A DNA stretch of 64,000 nucleotides from assembly GCA_002457155.1 (NCBI GenBank), contig NTJS01000001.1:2534-66533 (forward strand), read 5' to 3'. The position numbers were made by a program, and so were the translations under genes. Origin of the DNA: Marine Group II euryarchaeote MED-G35 (GTDB taxonomy: Archaea > Thermoplasmatota > Poseidoniia > Poseidoniales > Thalassarchaeaceae). The notes under the pieces were generated by a model. It saw only the letters and a program-made list of their open reading frames with translations, did not search any database and had not been told where the DNA came from. Positions within the stretch are counted from its first letter, which is position 1, and each line of letters starts with the position of its first letter. Below are positions 59,864-64,000 of the stretch, piece by piece.

Positions 59864-61609
59864 CTAACCCTTATTCAGAGTCTTGGCTTGCTCCGGCCAC
59901 ATCATCTTCGTCACCCTTCCTGGTACTAGGCCCAGCGCGCCATTCACTGCTTCGGCGGTCTCCTTGTCCATTCTTGATATCTGATCGAAGGTCCTTATTC
60001 CAAGGACCTTCAACTTCTTCTGCGTCTCGGCATCTACTCCCTTGATCAATGTCAGGTCATCTGACTTCCTGTCTCCTGCCTTCCCTATCTGGGCCCACTT
60101 GATTTGGGCTGCGCTGAGGTTTGCGATTACGCTATCATCGTCCTCCATCTTTCTTGAAGACTTGTCAACCCCCTTCAGTTCCAGCATTGTGATAGCCTGT
60201 TTCGTCCAAACAAAATCCTCGACCTTCCCAGGCAGCAACTCAAGGGAGTCATTGACCATTTTCGAAATCTCGGAATCAAATCTGGAGATTTGCTCGTAAG
60301 TGAATATCCCAAGCGAATTCAACTTCTTCTCCGTTAATTCGTCGATACCGTTGATCATGGTAAGATCATCAGGGTCCTTTCCTTGAAAATTTGCTCCTAT
60401 CTTGGTCCAATCGAGATCACCTCTCCTCTGTCCAATCCTCTCTAATACCAATTCCTCCCTCTTCTCTTTCTCTATCTCATCTGTGAATTGCTCTGCGTTC
60501 TCCCCTGCCATCTTGGCCTTCCTTACGGCCTCGTCGAGCCTCCTCTTGGCTGCTTCCGCTTCGGCCTTCGCTTCCTTCGCCTCATCTTCCTCTATCTCCG
60601 CAATCAATCGGGCCTCATCAGCCTCAGATTCCTCTTCCTCTGCTCTCTTTGCAGCCTCATCAGCCTCTTTCCGAGCCAGTTCCACTACCTCTTCAGCCTT
60701 GATCATAGCATCGCTGGCCTCTATCGTCATCCGTTCCTTTTCTTCCTCTAAATCGACCTCTTCCAGAACATTTTGCTCAGAAAGAACCTCTATCTTCGAT
60801 TCCTCTATAGCAACTTTTTTCTTCTCAATCTCGGCTTTGAGTTCCTTCATCTCAGCCTCTAACTTTTCGATGTCGGGCTGCTCCTCTTCAATCCCGCCCT
60901 CATCTTCGATTTCACCCACTTCCTGTGATAATTCCTCGGGTTCCTCAAGTTTTCCTCCACTCGAGGAATCGCTATCATCGTCTTCAGGCATTTCGAACGA
61001 TGAAATCTCAGTTCCATGGATTAGATTGGAAACGACTTCCTGAATGAATCGCATTGACTTCTTCATTCGATGGCTGTCATCGATCTCATGAAGTATAACG
61101 TTCTCGCAATCTTCTGCGACCTTCCGAGAATAGCTGATTGGAACCACTTCGTCGTATTTCCCATGCATTATTGCTGTTGGATGAGCCGGAATTGGCCACG
61201 ACATCTTCTCTGCCGATTCCATGAACTCCCAGGGGAGGATAATGTCCAATTCGAAGCCCGTGTAACGCCTCTCTCCGGTTGTTTTCCAAGCGCTCCTACC
61301 GGTCTCCTCCATTCCTTCCCAGTTCTCTGCTAGTCCAAATGCAGGGGCAATCAGCAGCAGCCTGGTTTTCATCTGGGGCCTAATTGCGGAAGCATTTGCC
61401 GCGGCTAGGCCCCCCATGGAGGAGCCCACGATTAGATCAAACTCCCCCTCATCCAGGTGGTGAATGAGGACTTCCGTCTGATTTGCTATGCTCCACCCCA
61501 ACTCTGACATCTTTGGTGCAGTGACATCCCACCCAAGGGCTTCCCTCATGTACGTTGGTTTGGAACCGGTCGGACTGCCTTCGAAACCATGTGCAAAGAG
61601 GACTCGCAG
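59864..61609 (-). CDS. YqiA/YcfP-like alpha/beta hydrolase fused to an acidic coiled-coil and two HhH-like (DUF4332-type) domains
   Basis: LFAHGFEGSP (upstream of the first ATG), GSSMGG, LIAPA, HGKYDEVVP, DSH; E/K/A-rich helix; two DDLT.I.G(I/V)D....KKL..LGI.T..QI repeats. Confidence 0.8.
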   Translation of the reverse strand: MRVLFAHGFEGSPTGSKPTYMREALGWDVTAPKMSELGWSIANQTEVLIHHLDEGEFDLIVGSSMGGLAAANASAIRPQMKTRLLLIAPAFGLAENWEGMEETGRSAWKTTGERRYTGFELDIILPWEFMESAEKMSWPIPAHPTAIMHGKYDEVVPISYSRKVAEDCENVILHEIDDSHRMKKSMRFIQEVVSNLIHGTEISSFEMPEDDDSDSSSGGKLEEPEELSQEVGEIEDEGGIEEEQPDIEKLEAEMKELKAEIEKKKVAIEESKIEVLSEQNVLEEVDLEEEKERMTIEASDAMIKAEEVVELARKEADEAAKRAEEEESEADEARLIAEIEEDEAKEAKAEAEAAKRRLDEAVRKAKMAGENAEQFTDEIEKEKREELVLERIGQRRGDLDWTKIGANFQGKDPDDLTMINGIDELTEKKLNSLGIFTYEQISRFDSEISKMVNDSLELLPGKVEDFVWTKQAITMLELKGVDKSSRKMEDDDSVIANLSAAQIKWAQIGKAGDRKSDDLTLIKGVDAETQKKLKVLGIRTFDQISRMDKETAEAVNGALGLVPGRVTKMMWPEQAKTLNKG

Positions 61610-61611
61610 GA

Positions 61612-62049
61612 TTACTCCCCCAAGTCACAGAATGAGATTCTGAGGAATTCGCTTTCGGTCGCCTCTCGCTCCATCGGGGTTGAATCATCTCCCAGAACCC
61701 TCATATGAATCTCTGCAGTTACCTCCACGGTGGCTTCGAAGAGGTGTCCGCCTCTGACCACATGGTCATCGTCCGAGGCCACAATGTGGATGTGCGAGAA
61801 GGGACCATCTGGTCCAGGAGCAAGGTTCCCTTGCATCGAGAGTAGCTCCATTGGCTCTTCCACCACAACCTTCTGGTAGATTCCTCCCGAGTCGAGATAC
61901 CCTATCGAAGTGTTACGGACTCTCCCTATTCCGCTGGTGAGGGCAGCCGCCGAAATGCCGTGTTCGCTCAGACTTCTAATCGAGGAATGCAACTCCTCCC
62001 CCTTGTCTAGTCGGATGAATAGGTCTCGACCGATTCGTCGGTACTCCAT
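61612..62049 (-). CDS. PPC/DUF296 domain protein
   Basis: RLDKGEEL, GIG, ELLSMQGN, HIH, GGHL. Confidence 0.9.
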   Translation of the reverse strand: MEYRRIGRDLFIRLDKGEELHSSIRSLSEHGISAAALTSGIGRVRNTSIGYLDSGGIYQKVVVEEPMELLSMQGNLAPGPDGPFSHIHIVASDDDHVVRGGHLFEATVEVTAEIHMRVLGDDSTPMEREATESEFLRISFCDLGE

Positions 62050-62088
62050 GCGTGCCCATTCGGGTCTAAGACTTCAAACTCACCATCA

Positions 62089-62191
62089 CCACTTCACTCG
62101 GAGAGCTTCCAATTCTAACTCCAGTAGAAGTGGGAAAAAACCAGAAATGAGCCCTGAGGGTACAATATTTCTCCACTGGAAGCAAAGGGGT
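62089..62191. promoter_or_regulatory. Cluster of ORB-like (Orc1/Cdc6 recognition) boxes; candidate origin or Orc1-regulated promoter
   Basis: TCCACTGGAAGCAAAGGGGT at 62172-62191 plus two inverted CTCC-N4-GAAGTGG boxes (62089-62103 minus, 62119-62133 plus). Confidence 0.55.
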
Positions 62192-62257
62192 CCGATTTTC
62201 CAACCATACTGTTCATAGGCCGTGTCTTCCGACTCGCAAAGCCCGGTGGCAAATCAG

Positions 62258-64000
62258 ATGACAATGGCAGCACATGACGCCTCCGCCAGATGGAGAACAT
62301 TCCTCGAGGAGGCAAAGGAGACAGAGGTAATGACCCTGCTTTCGAGGCAGTCCAATTTCCCTTTCCTCTCAGTCCCGTTCCACGAGCTCCAGACCTTCGA
62401 TCCAGACTTCGCTGAGGATGTACTGCAGTATCCTAAGCAGGTTCTCTCTGCCGGCTCCAAGACCTTGATGGAGATTTGTAGGGAAAGGGGCGAAGAGATA
62501 GACGCATTGCTCAGAGTCGGGGAACTCCCGGGCGACACCCGGGTCCCTCTGAGGGATATAGGCAGCGACGACATAGACAAACTGCGCAGCGTTGATGTAA
62601 TCGTGACCAAGATTTCCGAGATCAAGCCCAGGATTCACAGGGCTGTTTTCAGATGCGAGTCATGCGGCGTTGAGATTGAAGTAGACCAGGAAAACGAGCG
62701 AGAGCTGAAGGAGCCTCTCAAATGCCCAGATGGCGATGGTTGCGGACTTCCCAAGGCACAAACCAGGTTCGATCTGATCCTCATTAGCTCCCGGATGGTG
62801 AACAACCAATGGATCGAGATCCAAGAGCAGCCCGAGTATGTCCCAAGCGGGGCACAGCCAAGGAGGGGGATGGTCCTGATCGAGGGCGATCAGGTCAACA
62901 AGCACCTCCCCGGGGAGAGGATAACGGCGAACGTAATCCCCGTCGTCCGCAGCGAGGTGAGAAACCGCAAGAAGACCCCGATGTTCGATGTGATTTTCCA
63001 TCTGATCAGCTCGGAGCACGAGAGCACCCCGTTCACTGAGATCGCAATCGACGAGGAGGACAGTGCCAGAATCATAGAGGTCTCCAAGAGGGATGATCTG
63101 ATGTCCCTAATCCAACGCTCCATTGCTCCTTCCATCTTTGCGACTGGCATTCTTGGACACGTGAAGCGCTCCCTTGCCTTACAGCTATTCGGGGGGGTGT
63201 CACGCAGGCTGAATGACAAGACTAGATCCAGAGGCGACATCCACATACTGCTCATGGGCGATCCGGGTGTCGCCAAGTCACAACTGCTCACATTCATCTC
63301 TGCCCTCTCCCCAAGGGGGAGGCTCGCCACGGGCGGCGGCGTCTCGGGTGCGGGGCTAACTGCAGCAGCAGTCAGGGATGCATTCGGGGATGGGAGGTTC
63401 GCTCTCGAGGCAGGAGTGCTCCCTCTTTCCGACCGGGGACTCGCCGCAATCGACGAGTTCGACAAGATCTCCACCGATGACAGGAGGATGATGCACCCAG
63501 CAATGGAGCAACAGAAGGTTCACGTCGCCAAGGGGGGAATCACAGCCACTCTCCATTCCAGATGCGCGATACTCGCAGCTGCTAACCCAGAGGATGGGAG
63601 ATTCAGCAAGAGGGGCAAAAACACTAGTGTGATGAGGTCATTCAAGGAGACTGGACTGCCTCCACCATTGGCTTCCAGATTCGACATCATCTGGATGATC
63701 AGGGACGAGGTCAGGATTCACGATGACGAGAGGATAGCCAGGCATATACTGGACAACCGTACTTCTGGGAAGAGCGAGGCCCTGTTGGAGAACTCCATAG
63801 AGTTGGGATACCCCGACTCCGAGGAGACATCATTCCTAGTAACCTCGGACAACGGGGAGGAGCACCTCACCCAGAATTTCCTCAGGAAGTACATCGCATT
63901 CGCAAAGAGAAACATACACCCACAACTCGACCAAGATGCAAAGAATGCGATACTCAAGTACTACACGGAAGAGAGGCAGTCCTTCGGTCGTGAGGATGAA
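62258..64000 (+). CDS. mcm: MCM replicative helicase (3' partial; missing from the ORF track because it has no stop in the window)
   Basis: Hand translation gives CESC..CPDGDGC Zn finger, QWIEIQEQPE, LQLFGG, HILLMGDPGVAKSQLL, IDEFDK, AAANP, SRFD. Confidence 0.95.
   Translation, partial: MTMAAHDASARWRTFLEEAKETEVMTLLSRQSNFPFLSVPFHELQTFDPDFAEDVLQYPKQVLSAGSKTLMEICRERGEEIDALLRVGELPGDTRVPLRDIGSDDIDKLRSVDVIVTKISEIKPRIHRAVFRCESCGVEIEVDQENERELKEPLKCPDGDGCGLPKAQTRFDLILISSRMVNNQWIEIQEQPEYVPSGAQPRRGMVLIEGDQVNKHLPGERITANVIPVVRSEVRNRKKTPMFDVIFHLISSEHESTPFTEIAIDEEDSARIIEVSKRDDLMSLIQRSIAPSIFATGILGHVKRSLALQLFGGVSRRLNDKTRSRGDIHILLMGDPGVAKSQLLTFISALSPRGRLATGGGVSGAGLTAAAVRDAFGDGRFALEAGVLPLSDRGLAAIDEFDKISTDDRRMMHPAMEQQKVHVAKGGITATLHSRCAILAAANPEDGRFSKRGKNTSVMRSFKETGLPPPLASRFDIIWMIRDEVRIHDDERIARHILDNRTSGKSEALLENSIELGYPDSEETSFLVTSDNGEEHLTQNFLRKYIAFAKRNIHPQLDQDAKNAILKYYTEERQSFGREDE

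Noticed and set aside
1-64000. Apparent GC rise from the left third to the right part as a genomic island boundary
   Set aside because: Not quantified; core genes lie on both sides and no mobility genes or boundary repeats were seen.

Overview
A gene-dense archaeal chromosomal window with almost no intergenic space. Archaeal markers are TFB, topoisomerase VI A/B, rpl18e-rpl13-rps9-rpoN, Trm1, two PAC2-family proteasome chaperones and MCM. These sit among many bacterial-type genes (PlsC-like acyltransferase, NAD-dependent LigA, NfuA, RlmH, DnaQ-like exonuclease, AapJ and Liv ABC components) and two giant acidic surface proteins. That mix suggests Marine Group II Euryarchaeota (Poseidoniales); this is an inference, not a search result. 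About 48 CDSs and three tRNAs (Pro-GGG, Arg-GCG, Arg-CCG) were identified; no CRISPR array, integrase or transposase was seen. Highlights: (1) a ~1750-aa type I membrane protein with seven propeller-blade repeats, a MIDAS vWA domain inserted inside blade 4, Ig-like legs, one TM helix and a short tail, i.e. an integrin-like layout; (2) a ~2630-aa TSP3-like Ca2+-binding surface protein; (3) an amino-acid ABC system whose lipoprotein fuses a circularly permuted family-3 binding domain to two LivJ-type domains and whose LivH and LivM permeases are one chain; (4) an orphan AapJ-like gene bracketed by two near-identical tRNA-Arg genes; (5) a bacterial-type LigA ending in a PIP-box-like motif; (6) ORB-like boxes directly upstream of mcm; (7) an esterase gene that apparently has to start at CTG. 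All domain calls are by-eye motif recognition; no searches were run.
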